Shown here: piece after piece, positions 39,587 through 52,290 of the stretch
Position numbering within the stretch: position 1 is the stretch's first letter
How the letters are laid out: each line of letters starts with the position of its first letter
Assembly: GCF_006345805.1 (NCBI RefSeq)
Contig: NC_043020.1
Span: forward strand, 27,652,001-27,716,000
DNA length: 64,000 nt
From: Octopus sinensis
Lineage: Eukaryota
Reading direction: 5' to 3'
The notes under the pieces: model-generated
Told to the model about the DNA's origin: nothing
Seen by the model: only the letters and a program-made list of their open reading frames with translations
Databases searched by the model: none
Position numbers and translations under genes: made by a program

Positions 39587-39618
<32 letters not shown>

Positions 39619-40069
39619 ATATATATATATACACAGATCAATAAATGGTGGGGTTGTGTTGACCGCACGTGGAGAAATGATAAGCAAGGAAAAATTGTAA
39701 AAATGCAGAATGCTGAAATGAAAGAAAATTTTAATGAAATGAGAAATTGATAAAATATATAAATATATATTTATTCAAACCGGTTTTCGTCATTGTTTGA
39801 CTTGTCAAGAATATTTAGGTTAAAAAGTTTTTTAAAAATTAGAAAGGGGAAAAAAGAAAATTACATTGTTTTTTGCAAAAGAATAATAATAAATATGTAC
39901 AAAAATTTAAAAAAAAGTACTCCGATACATTGTGAGTTCGTTGTGTATCTTGAGTTTAGTGATTGTTATATATATATATACATACACACACGCACATATA
40001 TATATACATACATACATACATACATACATACATACATACATACATACATACACATATATATATATAAAA

Positions 40070-40680
40070 TACTTTTTTGCGTAATAAGATAAAAAAACCA
40101 AGGCTGTTTTTGAGCATTTATAGATAAAAGGTCTTACAGCTGTTTCTAGGATATTTATTTATTATATTCCTTCATCGGAGACGGTGTGAGAGAATAGTTA
40201 AGTCATAGTTAGTTTAGATGTGATACGAAATGGAGAGTGAGGTGGAGGAAAGAAAATAGATGAAAAAAGCCTTCCATCGCATTCTTCAGATGAGGTCCTT
40301 AGCTTTGGAAAGGAGGAGTAAGAGGAAAGTCTTTTGTGAAGGAATAGGTGTGTCCTTAAGAGAGATGCCAAGGAATCGTTTATCCATTACTGAAGCGTTA
40401 CTTGGGATAACTGCTTATAATAGCGAAGTTGAGGTTATAATAGATAATGGTGACATTGAGACCCAGAGGTGTCAGGTGATGCTGAATAGGTGTTATAGAC
40501 AGATCATAGTTCAGTTCCAGATTTGGTAATATTGCGAATAAAGGGCTCAAAGTTGGTTCTATGTCAGCGTGTGTATATAAGAATTCTTTTCGTAATAAGA
40601 TAAAAAAACCAAGGCTGTGTAGATATTAGAGCATTTATAGATAGAAGGTCTTACAGCTGTTTCTAGGATATTTATTAATT
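40070..40680 (-). mobile_element. PLE remnant with partial tandem terminal repeats
   Basis: 40073-40157 is repeated at about 40587-40675, and the first copy holds the full hammerhead. Confidence 0.6.
40131..40182 (-). ncRNA. Hammerhead ribozyme, same family as 51349 (core U4C variant)
   Basis: gucu-CCGAUGA-aggaauau..auauccu-a-GAAA-CAGCUG-UA-agac. Confidence 0.72.
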
Positions 40681-40699
40681 CGTTTCAGCTATGCGGCTG

Positions 40700-41600
40700 T
40701 AGTTATGCTGGAGCACCACCTGATTTTGCATCTTTATCTATGACTCTTCTTTGGCTGATTTCTTCATGATGGTAGGGTTTTACGTCAATAATTCCGTATG
40801 TGTTTTTGTCCAGGTTGTTGGCCCATTTAGAGCATGAGAGAGTTTGACACCGCTGCTCTCATCTGTACCTCATGCCGGTTGTTGTTTCACCCGGTATTGA
40901 GGAGAAAGTCAAGTTCTCTTTTGAAGACATCTACATGCACAAGTGTAGGTTTCTTAATTTGTGTGACAGGGCATTGAACCTAAGCTATTTCGGAACCTGG
41001 TCTTGAATTTAGGATGGAATTCATGGTACCTCTGGTATATAACAACGACTTCCAATTCGGGCATTTGTATAACATTCAGTGCCTATATCTGCTTCTAGCC
41101 CTCCCAGAATTTCCCATATGTAGATTATTACAAATCTGTCTCGCCTTTGCTCCAGGGATTAAATATGTAGTTTATTCAGCTCCTACCCGTCGCTCATCTG
41201 CTGCACTGTTCAAATTATGTTAGCGTAGTGATGTTGGACCGCTTCAGGCTTCGCTGTTAGTTTGGTACTATGCGGTGACCATAGTTTGATACTATATAGT
41301 AGTGCTATGTAGTGTCCCTATGAAGGACAAAGGCCCTTCACATGGTTAACATAACTTCATGATCTCTTCTCTTGAAGGGCCTTAGTATCCATCATGCCAG
41401 TTGTTTGTACTTTGTTGCTGTCTTGGTGATGTGCATATGAAGTAATGCCTCATCGCACATACCGGTCTCCAAGACTCACATTGCTTACGACGCTGGGCTT
41501 GCAGTGCCTTCGGGACATGTATATGCAAGTAGCGGTGCATTTAGCTGAAATTTTCCAACTGCATATTGTTTAGTTCAGCCCACTTGTATATTAGAATCAG
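40700..41600 (-). mobile_element. CR1/L2-like LINE 3' relic
   Basis: Minus strand WAELNNMQ..FQL..HITK..WILRPFKR. Confidence 0.6.
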
Positions 41601-42049
41601 GTGGTAGTAAAAATTCCTAAAATTTTTTTTACACTAATATTATTAATTATGTATAATAATTTCTGGTAGATTCGTTCGAAGATTTTTCCGGCCATTTTCC
41701 TGCTGCCGACAAAAAAGACTGCGATTGCGCACTGGATTTGAAAATATTTTACATATACAAACAATGAGACGCATGCTGGATTGGTCTCGTTGTATGCGTA
41801 TTCAATCTATGGTGTCGCTCTTGATAACGACTTCGCCCAGTGAATAATATACACAATGTAACACATGTTTTGCTTATTTGTATTTTTTAATGTTCAGATA
41901 AGCATTTTGTTTTGCTTCAAATTGAAAAATCACATTCGTTTTGACGTAACATCGATAGTCATTTATTTATTCCTAATTTCATATTTGCTCGTTATATTTG
42001 TAACTTTTCTCTACAGCACTTTGTTGGTTCAATCTATTCTTGTATTGTA

Positions 42050-43205
42050 AGGATAATTACACAACATTTAGTACTTTTTCATTTATTGAAAGGTATTTAG
42101 GAAGTATAATATTAGTTACAACAAAAAGAAACAATAAAACTCTGCACTGTAAATGCCTTGATAACGTTTTTTTTAACATGAGAAGTGCTTTGACAATCGA
42201 GATTTTCTGGAGTGTATACCTTCATATCTTCTGACTAGAGACCATATATAATCTCCCATCATAGCAGTATCCCATCGGCCTTGGTATCTTCTTTTCATTG
42301 TTGTGACGTCCTGATTAAATCTCTCACCATGATCTTCACTTAATGGCGTTTCCAGTACACAGATGTCTTGCAGTCTCCCCCAAGTAGATTCCATGCCTTC
42401 AACCTTCCTGAAAGTTCAGCTCCTGACTTAGTAAGACCCAGATCCCTGATTAAATCATCTAGCTCACTCTGATTTGGAAAGTGAGGCTCCGAAGTCGTTC
42501 ATGGTACGAAAGCTTCCTCCAATTCTTGGCTGCTGCTACTTGTTGATTCTTCAGATGAAATATTTTCTGGTGATAGTGATACTCATAAACTGGCAGGTTC
42601 TCTAGATGATGGCATGTCTGGATTCTGAAGAGCTTGTCTTCTTTTCAGTTTTCTGTACTTTGTCACATCGATCATACAAAAGTAACAGTCATCGTGATGG
42701 TTCTTTGGCTCTGTCCATACCCTTGGAATGGCAAAAGGCATTGACCTTCCTGTACCTCTTAACCATCATTCTAGAGTAGGCTGACAGCTTCCACATATCA
42801 TATGTGGGGGCCCATGGTTTGTCCTGGTCACCCACCGGCATTCCGAAATAGTCTGTACGCTATTCACAATTTAGCACCTTTCACGATCTTATGTAATACC
42901 TGTTTTTTTCCAATATAATAACCACAAACATAGCAAAATGTATCTGGAGAATTTTTACATACTCTAGTAGCCATCCTGAAAGTAGCACAACTTAGTAATT
43001 GGTCTGAAGGAGAAAATTAGACACACATTTAGTAGCGGAACATTATAACAATACCGAATATGTAATAAGATTGAAAGTCAACATATTTTTATAACTGTTG
43101 TTGATACACAAAAAATAATTTCAGTTTTGGAATCAGCGGAAAAAATTGATTGATAAACAATAAAATAAATGCAATAAAAAATTTTATTTTTGGTTACGTT
43201 GAGTA
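42050..43205 (-). mobile_element. Internally deleted DNA transposon (probably Sola-type)
   Basis: N-terminal SPDTFCYVCG..GDQDKPW..EPKNHHDDCYFCM and C-terminal HGERFNQDV..M.RRYQGRW..MMGDYIWSL. The superfamily label is from memory. Confidence 0.7.
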
Positions 43206-44450
43206 ATTTTTATTTACTAAAATAGGTTAGAAATCATTGTCCAGGATTAGATGGTAAATTTTTCATTCCCGTCGAGAATTTATCTCTAATCAGTGGTTTG
43301 GACTTTAACTGTTTTTTCTGGCGTAATGGATTCCTATGATGGAAAATCACAGAGAATGAACAACTTGTACAACCACACACACACGTCATGACTAGTTATC
43401 TCCCTTGCAAAGCTACATAAAGGTTAAAATCTACAAAATGGCGACAGTCTCACTCCGTTGTGATTAAGAGGGGAGTACAGTGTGTCTGAATCGGACTTTT
43501 TCAGCTCATCATATTTACTAGAACCAAGAAGATTAAAAGGATAAAGATTTTGAGTCAAAAACATTGAATGATTCGTTTGGAGCAAACTTCATTTCTTTCT
43601 GCAAAACTGTTCTGTTTATAGCTACGTCAGAAAAAGAAAGAAAACTGCTCGTGTGTGAAAAGTGAAGAGTAATCTGGACATCCCTAGATGTAAAGCATCG
43701 TTTGTATGTTTGCAAACAGAGTGGGTCTTCCTGAATTCTTTCAAGAGCCAAATGGTTAAACTATACAACGATGTTTTATAGTAATTCAAACAGAATAGTG
43801 TAACTAGATCATATTTGTATTTTGCCATACTCTGTTTTCCTGAATAAAAGAAGAATCTTTATTTCCTGACGTAAACTATGTGATATAATGATTCCTTTAT
43901 AGTTTTAAGGTTTTTGTTTTCTATTTCAGGTCGATGGACAGAGACTGAAAACGAAATATACTAAATTTTGACCAAGAAAATCTCAGCAAATCCTACTAAC
44001 AATTGTCTATCACAAAAGAGGAGTTGTTCACCGTCTGTTTGTCCATCACAACATCTATTAGAGGGAGGGAAGAAGGGAAGGGATCAAAAAGTGAGATAAC
44101 CCCTGTCACGGCGTTCTTTTTAGAAGCAAAGGAGGGGGTGTTGTTGGGGAAAAAATCAGGGAGAGAGAATGTGAAAGAGGTAAATAAGACTGATAGATTA
44201 ATTTTAAGTTTAAGTCTTTCAACGCAACATAGACCTCTATATATAGACTGGGTCGTTACCCGGAAGCATAGCGACAAGAAGTCATTAGTATATTATTAAT
44301 ATTAATTTGGATCACAAGACACTGATGTTTCAAATTTTACGTCGTAAATACGGGAATTAGATTATAGTTAGTGTATAGGATCTTGCCGTTCCTCAAACTC
44401 ACTGAGCCAACATTGGGAAAAACAGATTAGAATAGAACCTGTCAAAGAAA

Positions 44451-45923
44451 ATGTCGAAGTTTAACGAATTTATCAGCCATTATGGTTCATGTCGATGGCG
44501 GCTGTGTTATGTCAGCTTTTTCGCTTTGCTTCTCATGCAGACTTTACGTGTAGACCTTAGTATGTCGTTAGTTTGCATGTTAAAAACACCCAATCGTACA
44601 ATTGATGAAGTCGACCTTACTCGAAATAACGAACACTGTTCTCGTTCAGACAATCGCACATCAAATGGAGAGGATTTTGAAGGAGAGTTCGAATGGGGCA
44701 ATACTCTACAATCAAACATGTTAGCTGGATACTATTATGGATACATTATTACTAACCTTCTTGGCGGTGTATTAGCAGACAAATATGGTGGAAAGAGAGT
44801 TATGGGGGCTTCCATATTCTCGGCTTCTCTCCTGACCATTCTTCACCCAAGTCTAACACGAATAAGTGGTTATTTTACTCTCGTATTAAGGATACTTACA
44901 GGTCTGGTTTCAGGGCCCATGTGCCCTGCTGTCTTATCTCTGTGGGGACGGTGGGCTCCGCCATTAGAAAACAGCGTGTTGGTTGCAGTCTCTTTTTCTG
45001 GTTTATTGATCGGTAGCATTCTGGGTTTGTCAATTTCCGGTTTCCTTTGCGTTTATGGCTTTGACAATGGATGGGGTTCTATATTCTATATATTTGGTGG
45101 AATATCGTTGGTGTTTAGTTGTGTGTGGTTTTATGTCATTTATGATACCCCAGATGTCCATCCGACTATCAGCGACAAAGAACGTTCCTATTTAAACAAA
45201 ACTATAATACACAAGGGCCAAGTGAAGAGCGTTCCATGGAAGAGAATCATGTGTACTCCCGCTGTTTGGGCTCTTATAATTGCTCACACATTCTACAATT
45301 GGACGATTATTTCTTTCCAGCTGCTTCTGCCTTTGTATATGAAAGAAGCATTAAATATCGATACGAAATCAAATGGTTTAATGTCTTCTGCTCCGTTCAT
45401 TGGACAGTTCGCGGCTGTGCAATTCTGTGGAAGGTTTGCAGATATTTTGCGTTCAAAGAATTATCTTTCAACGCGTTCTGTACGAGTTCTCTTCCAGAGT
45501 GTTTGTTTCCTTGGCTCAGCATCACTGCTGATTGCCATAGGATTCCTTGACTGTGAACAAACAACCCTGGCCGGCATTCTGTTCCTCTTCACGGGTATCT
45601 GCTTAGCATTTTACATTGGCGGCTTCAATGTCAACCACGTGGACATTGCTCCTAGATACGCTGGTGTATTGATCGGCATTACCAACACTTTTGGTTCATT
45701 ACCCGGATTCTTGGCTCCATTATCATCCAAAGCTCTTACACCAAATGGGACACAAGAAGAATGGCAAATTGTCTTAGCTTTGTGTGCGGCACTTTCTGTA
45801 TTCGGAACGATAATGTTCGCGATATTGGCAAGTGGAGATGTACAGGAATGGGCAAAATCTCAAGAAATGCCAAATAGTTCTTCTAAAGCGGAAGAATCAG
45901 AGAATCTAAGGCAGTCTGCATAA
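44451..45923 (+). CDS. SLC17A5-like: SLC17/sialin-like transporter, copy 6 (490 aa)
   Basis: Full ORF with SLC17 motifs. Confidence 0.95.
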   Translation: MSKFNEFISHYGSCRWRLCYVSFFALLLMQTLRVDLSMSLVCMLKTPNRTIDEVDLTRNNEHCSRSDNRTSNGEDFEGEFEWGNTLQSNMLAGYYYGYIITNLLGGVLADKYGGKRVMGASIFSASLLTILHPSLTRISGYFTLVLRILTGLVSGPMCPAVLSLWGRWAPPLENSVLVAVSFSGLLIGSILGLSISGFLCVYGFDNGWGSIFYIFGGISLVFSCVWFYVIYDTPDVHPTISDKERSYLNKTIIHKGQVKSVPWKRIMCTPAVWALIIAHTFYNWTIISFQLLLPLYMKEALNIDTKSNGLMSSAPFIGQFAAVQFCGRFADILRSKNYLSTRSVRVLFQSVCFLGSASLLIAIGFLDCEQTTLAGILFLFTGICLAFYIGGFNVNHVDIAPRYAGVLIGITNTFGSLPGFLAPLSSKALTPNGTQEEWQIVLALCAALSVFGTIMFAILASGDVQEWAKSQEMPNSSSKAEESENLRQSA

Positions 45924-46276
45924 AAGTTATTTCCATGTATTCCATTTTCTGTAACTTTTTTCGTTTTGAATTTTATCAGACATAAAATTGTATTACTGCA
46001 TCACATTTACCATTTTTAGTCTTGCTAGAATGATTAAGCCGGCGAGCTGGCAGAATCGTTTGCACGCCGGACAAAATGCTTAGCGGCATTTCGTCCGTCT
46101 CTACTTTTTTCCTTTCGTCTGTCTTACTATTATTATTACTGTTATTTTTCTCCTTTTAAAACTTGCTTGCAAATATCCAATTTTTTTTTTACCCCACTTG
46201 TATTCTCCCTTATTGTATCTTATTTTAATTTACTTTATTTTATGAAACCTTTTTGATGTTCTTACAAAACTTCTCC

Positions 46277-46374
46277 ACACTGATGAAAATGGCAATGCAT
46301 AAATTTAATTATAATTACTGTGGTTATAATTTTTTTCATACATATTTGTATTGTCCTTTGAAACATGCGTATGT
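46277..46374 (+). ncRNA. Type I hammerhead ribozyme
   Basis: aca-CUGAUGA-..ggcaaugca/uguauuguc..-GAAAC-augc-GUA-ugu. Confidence 0.68.
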
Positions 46375-46844
46375 ATTGAATCCTATTTTGTATTTAATCT
46401 AATTTTGATTCAACATATTTTTCTCCTCCATTTTGCTATAATTGTTTATAGTATTTTTATACCTATAACGATATTTTTCAACTACAATTTTCATATTCTT
46501 ATTCTTGCTCTGGCTGTTTTTTTATGAATACGATGAATCTTTATTAGAAATCATTCTCTCTCTCTTTTCTGACCTCTCAAAAAGTTTGAATTGTTCTCCG
46601 CCCCCCAAACAATAAAAATAAGTACCAGTTGTATAGTGGGGTCGATATCATCGACTTAAGCCCACCCCCCGAGCATTCTGGCCATTAGCCAAAATTTAAA
46701 ACCAATATTACATGAAAGCGCATCAGGAAGTATACTTACTGTATGTATGTATATGTATATATCAATCTATCTATCTACCTATATTTATATATATATATAC
46801 AGACCGGTACAGAACGGTCTGTACATCTAGGATTATGAAGGCTC

Positions 46845-46916
46845 CCTACTGATGATTCTTGACTTGGCAGATAAATTCTGTTTGTTTGCCAAAAATAGAT
46901 GAAACGTCGGTCTGGG
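46845..46916 (+). ncRNA. Type I hammerhead ribozyme
   Basis: ccua-CUGAUGA-..uuggcagauaaa/uuuguuugccaa..-GAAAC-gucg-GUC-uggg. Confidence 0.8.
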
Positions 46917-47974
46917 ATATAGCTGAGATGGTAAACGTTTTTAATTTTCATTCCTTTCATGAATTTATCCATTTTTGTGTGTCTAGCCCAGCGCTTCTTT
47001 ATTTGGAAGCCCTTTATTGTATTTCTATATGAATAATATATAGTCTAATGACTAATTCGTCTTTTGTGCTGGGTCACTGGTAATAATAATTTATTTTTTA
47101 TTACCCTATTTACTATATATATATAGGTTAGAGATAAGTGGCCACTATATAGAATACAGCTCGAAGGGTAAATTGGAGCGGGTAGATGAGTAAATGAAAG
47201 CAAGTTAGATAAATCGATTTACACAGAATATTAAATACATTTAATTAAAAAAACATGTACATGTGTATGGATATAAAATAGTCCGACTTACAGAATATAA
47301 ATGATATCAGGAGTTAAATGGGTAGGGTTTGAGCTGTTGGACACTCGTAAAACTCTACCTATTTATATATACATTATGGAAGGGGCCTTATGATCAAGAA
47401 ATAATTTATGATTAAAAAAATAAACGTAATTGCGCTTTGCTTAAATATAGAATTTCCAACTACGAACGAAATTTGGGACGCTATATGCATGCAAGAATAC
47501 AACAATGGATGGTGTTCAGAGGAATCGAAAACAGATCTGATAAAAACCATGTAGATATAATGCTTTATATTCGATAAAATATTAATCTCAACCATCTTGT
47601 TCTGTTTTTCTTTGTTTTTTTTTTATATTTTTTTTTCTTATGCATTTGTCTGCTTCCTTCACCATGAAGGTTGGAGGCGCGTGGCTTTGTGGTTAAGGTG
47701 TTGGACTCATGATCGACAGATTGTAGTTTCAATTCCTGGATCGAGCAATCCGTTCTGTTCTTCATTTCACCTTGCTCCAGTTCACACAGCAGGCAGAAAC
47801 GAGTAATCCGACAACGGACTGGATTTATATACGCCATGGAAACTGCAGTCTCACTCATTTTTCAGTCTTCTTTCTCAATTAAACATATTCCATCGTCATT
47901 AAGCCGATGTTTAGAACATAAATTAACGTGGTTTATATTATAGAACCAATGGCGGTCTCAGGCGAGTCGGTGCC

Positions 47975-48890
47975 AGAATGGTTGATCATATCTATGCCTA
48001 ACCTCGTAAAAGCTTGGACACAGGTTTCAAATTTTGGCGCAAGGCCAGCAAGATCAGGCGAGGGGATAAGACGTTTACATGGACCCCAGTACTCCACTGG
48101 TACTTATTTTATTGACCACAAAAGGATAAAAGGATCTCGGTGGAATTTGAACTCAGGATGTAAAGGCAGAGGAAATGTTGCTAAGCATTTCGCCCGGTTT
48201 GCTAACAATGCACCCGTGTCACCGTCTTAAGTGAAAGCTGTTGATTTTTTTTTTTTAGTAAAGACACAAAGCCTGAAATTTGCGGGGAGGGGATAAGTCG
48301 ACTACATCGACCCCAGTGTTTAACTGGTACTTATTTTATCGAGCCCGAAAGGATGAAAGACAAAGTCAACCTCGGTGGAATTTGAACTCAGAACGTAGCG
48401 ACGAGCGAAATACCTATTTCTTCACTACCCCCAAGGGGCTAAACACAGAGAGGACAAACAAGGATAGACAAACGGATTAAGTCGATTATATCGACCCCAG
48501 TGCGTAACTGGTACGTATTTTATCGAGCCCGAAAGGATGAAAGGCAAAGTTGACCTCGACGGAATTTGAACTCAGAACGTAACGGCAGACGAAATACCGC
48601 TAAGCATTTCGGTCGGTGTGCTAACGATACTGCCGAGTCACCGTTTTAAGTGAAACCTTTGGATATTAAAAAAAAGAAAAAAGAAAGGAGTCCGGCTAGC
48701 AAACTAGCTAGCATGCCGGTCAAAACGCTTAGCGGCATTTCTTCCGGCTTTTTCTTTCTGAGTTCAAATTCCGCCGAGGTGTACAGTGCCTTGCTTTCTT
48801 ACGTTGTCGATAAAGCGATTCCCAGTCTACCACCGGAGTCGATATAATCGATTAGCTCTCAACTTCCCCCATAACATGTTTCAGGCCTTG
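47975..48890. mobile_element. SINE family B cluster (minus copies 47975-48640, plus copy 48690-48890)
   Basis: Core sequence present in both orientations. Confidence 0.8.
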
Positions 48891-49595
48891 ATATTACCAA
48901 ACAGGAGAGAGAAGTTATAACAAGTTTATCTTTTTATTATCATGGCCAATAATTGCTATTGTAAAGTCATTGTTTTTACATTGTAAAATCATTGTTTTAT
49001 AAACACTTCAGAATGAAACTTTCCATTCTCTTACATAATCTGTATAATACACTTTCCAACCACTAGAATCGCTTTCTGTTTATATTTTCATTTAGCCTAT
49101 TTCCTCTCCAGCTCATATTATAAGCTCCCAAATTTCCCTCGCTCTCCCACTATCCCTCCTCTATTTTAAGCTCATGCCAGTAGGCGTTTGATTTAGTATA
49201 CGTTTAGATGCGTGTGTGTAAGTGTGCGCGTGTCTGTAACTAATTACTAACTTGTGTGTACGTGTGTGTTTGTGTGTTTGTGTGCTAGTTCATGTGTCGA
49301 TAATGTTAACAGAGCCCCGCCACGGTGAGTGTACATACGTCACCAAATGCAAAAAGCTACGATTAACAAACATATCAGATCTAGTAATCTGCGGTAACAG
49401 CTGGATTCTGCAAAACTGTAAACACTCGGCCAAACAGTAGGTATAAAAATGATTTACTTTTCAATTTTTAAGAAGAAGCATGTACAACGTATTACCCTTC
49501 TGTTATGAATGCGTGGAGAACCTCTTCAGCATTATTACGTTAGCCGAAAAGAAATCCGAAGTCGGAATGCTTCGTTTCTCAGAACCAATGTCATA

Positions 49596-50558
<963 letters not shown>

Positions 50559-50767
50559 GTGTGAGTGTGTATGCGCACAATTCCAATATTTACTTTTGAG
50601 TAGTCGCAATGACTAGAGAAATGTAATATCTTGGGTAGTTTGAAAGGAAGCGTCGGTTACGAATATGTAATATGTATATATGTATGTATAAGAATGTATG
50701 TATATATGGCCACAGCTCGTGAGCTGAAACTAGTTAAAATAAAAAAAAAATTAAAAATATACATACA

Positions 50768-51160
50768 TAGGCGCAGGAGTAGCTTGAATACCAACCACAT
50801 GGTCCCGAGTTCAGTTCCACTGCGTGGCACCTTGGACAAGTGTCTTCTACTATAGCCTCGGGCCGACCAAAGCCTTGTGAGTGGATTTGGTAGACGGAAA
50901 CTGAAAAAAGCTCGTCGTATATATGTATATATATATATGTGTGTGTGTGTTTGTGTGTCTGTGTTTGTCCCCCTAGCATTGCTTGACAACCGATGCTGGT
51001 GTGTTTATGTCCCCGTCACTTAGCGGTTCGGCAAAAGAGAACGATAGAATAAGTACTGGGCTTACAAAGAATAAGTCCCGGGTCGAGTTGCTCGATTAAA
51101 GGCGATGCTCCAGCATGGCCGCAGTCAAATGACTGAAACAAGTAAAAGAGTAAAAGAGAG
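50768..51160 (+). mobile_element. tRNA-derived SINE family A, near full length
   Basis: B-box-like gagttcagttcc, ccttggacaagtg body and (gtaaaaga)n tail. Other copies at 1-200, 19035-19260 and 62935-63105 (minus). Confidence 0.85.
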
Positions 51161-51163
51161 CGA

Positions 51164-51248
<85 letters not shown>

Positions 51249-51348
51249 GTTTGTATGTATGTATATATATATATGTATGTATATATGTTTAACAGATTGA
51301 TATAAAAAATCCAAGGCTGTGAATAGTTTTCAGAACATTTATAAATAA

Positions 51349-51396
51349 GACTTACAGCTGTTTCCGGGATATTTTATATATCCCTTCATCAGAGAC
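51349..51396 (-). ncRNA. Type I hammerhead ribozyme (minimal, dimer-type)
   Basis: gucu-CUGAUGA-a-GGGAUAU-auaaa-AUAUCCC-g-GAAA-CAGCUG-UA-aguc. Confidence 0.85.
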
Positions 51397-51470
51397 GGTG
51401 TGAGAAAATGTTTTAGTAATGGTTATTGTAGAGAAGATATGAAATACAGAAGGAAGTGAAGGATTGAAAA

Positions 51471-51757
51471 GAGCTGGCGGAATCGTTAGCACGCCGGGCG
51501 AAATGCGTAGCCGCTACGTTCTGAGTTCAAATTCCGCCGAGGTCGATTTTGCCTTTCATCCTTTCGGGGTTGATTAAATAAGTACCAATTATGCACTGGG
51601 GTCGATATAATCGACTTAATCCGTTTGCCTGTCCTTGTTTGTTCCCTCTGTGTTTGTTCCCTCTGTGTTTAACCCCTTGTGGGTAGTAAAGAAATAGGTA
51701 TTTCGTCTGCCGTTACGTTCTGAATTCAAATTCCGCCCCTCGTGGGCAATAAAGAAA
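51471..51757 (+). mobile_element. SINE family B
   Basis: Near-identical to 1849-2160. Confidence 0.85.
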
Positions 51758-52290
51758 TATGAAACCTCTGGAGCGGCAAGGAATCGAGGCGCAGTAAAAC
51801 AAACAAATTACATAATATTCAAAATTACAAAATAGCGTTAATTTGAAATTACACAAAATATTTAGGTTAATTTGGGCCATTTTATTAACGAGGAGCTTCA
51901 GTGAAGGAATTTTTCGCTTCGAAGGACAATAATGGATATCAACGTGAGTTCAAAACCTGGCAGAAAGGTAGCTTCAAATGGAGCAACCCCATGGCCTCTG
52001 CTGTGAATACTAGGATGCTTTTGTTGTAACAGATTACAGCAAACAACTTACCAAAATTTCGCAAAACTTTTGCCTCAACACAATATTAGACAAAAGCCAA
52101 CACTTACTGATCTTCGTGTTACAAAAACAGCATCCATCGACGTCTGCCTCGTGTAAAATTCCCATTAAAATTAAGTAGTGGTTACATAGCAATCTACGTA
52201 ATTTACGTCCTAAATTAACTGGAATATTTTGTAGCCATGAATATTTTGTAATGTAGGTAATTTAGAATGTAATGTTGGTAATTTAGAAAA

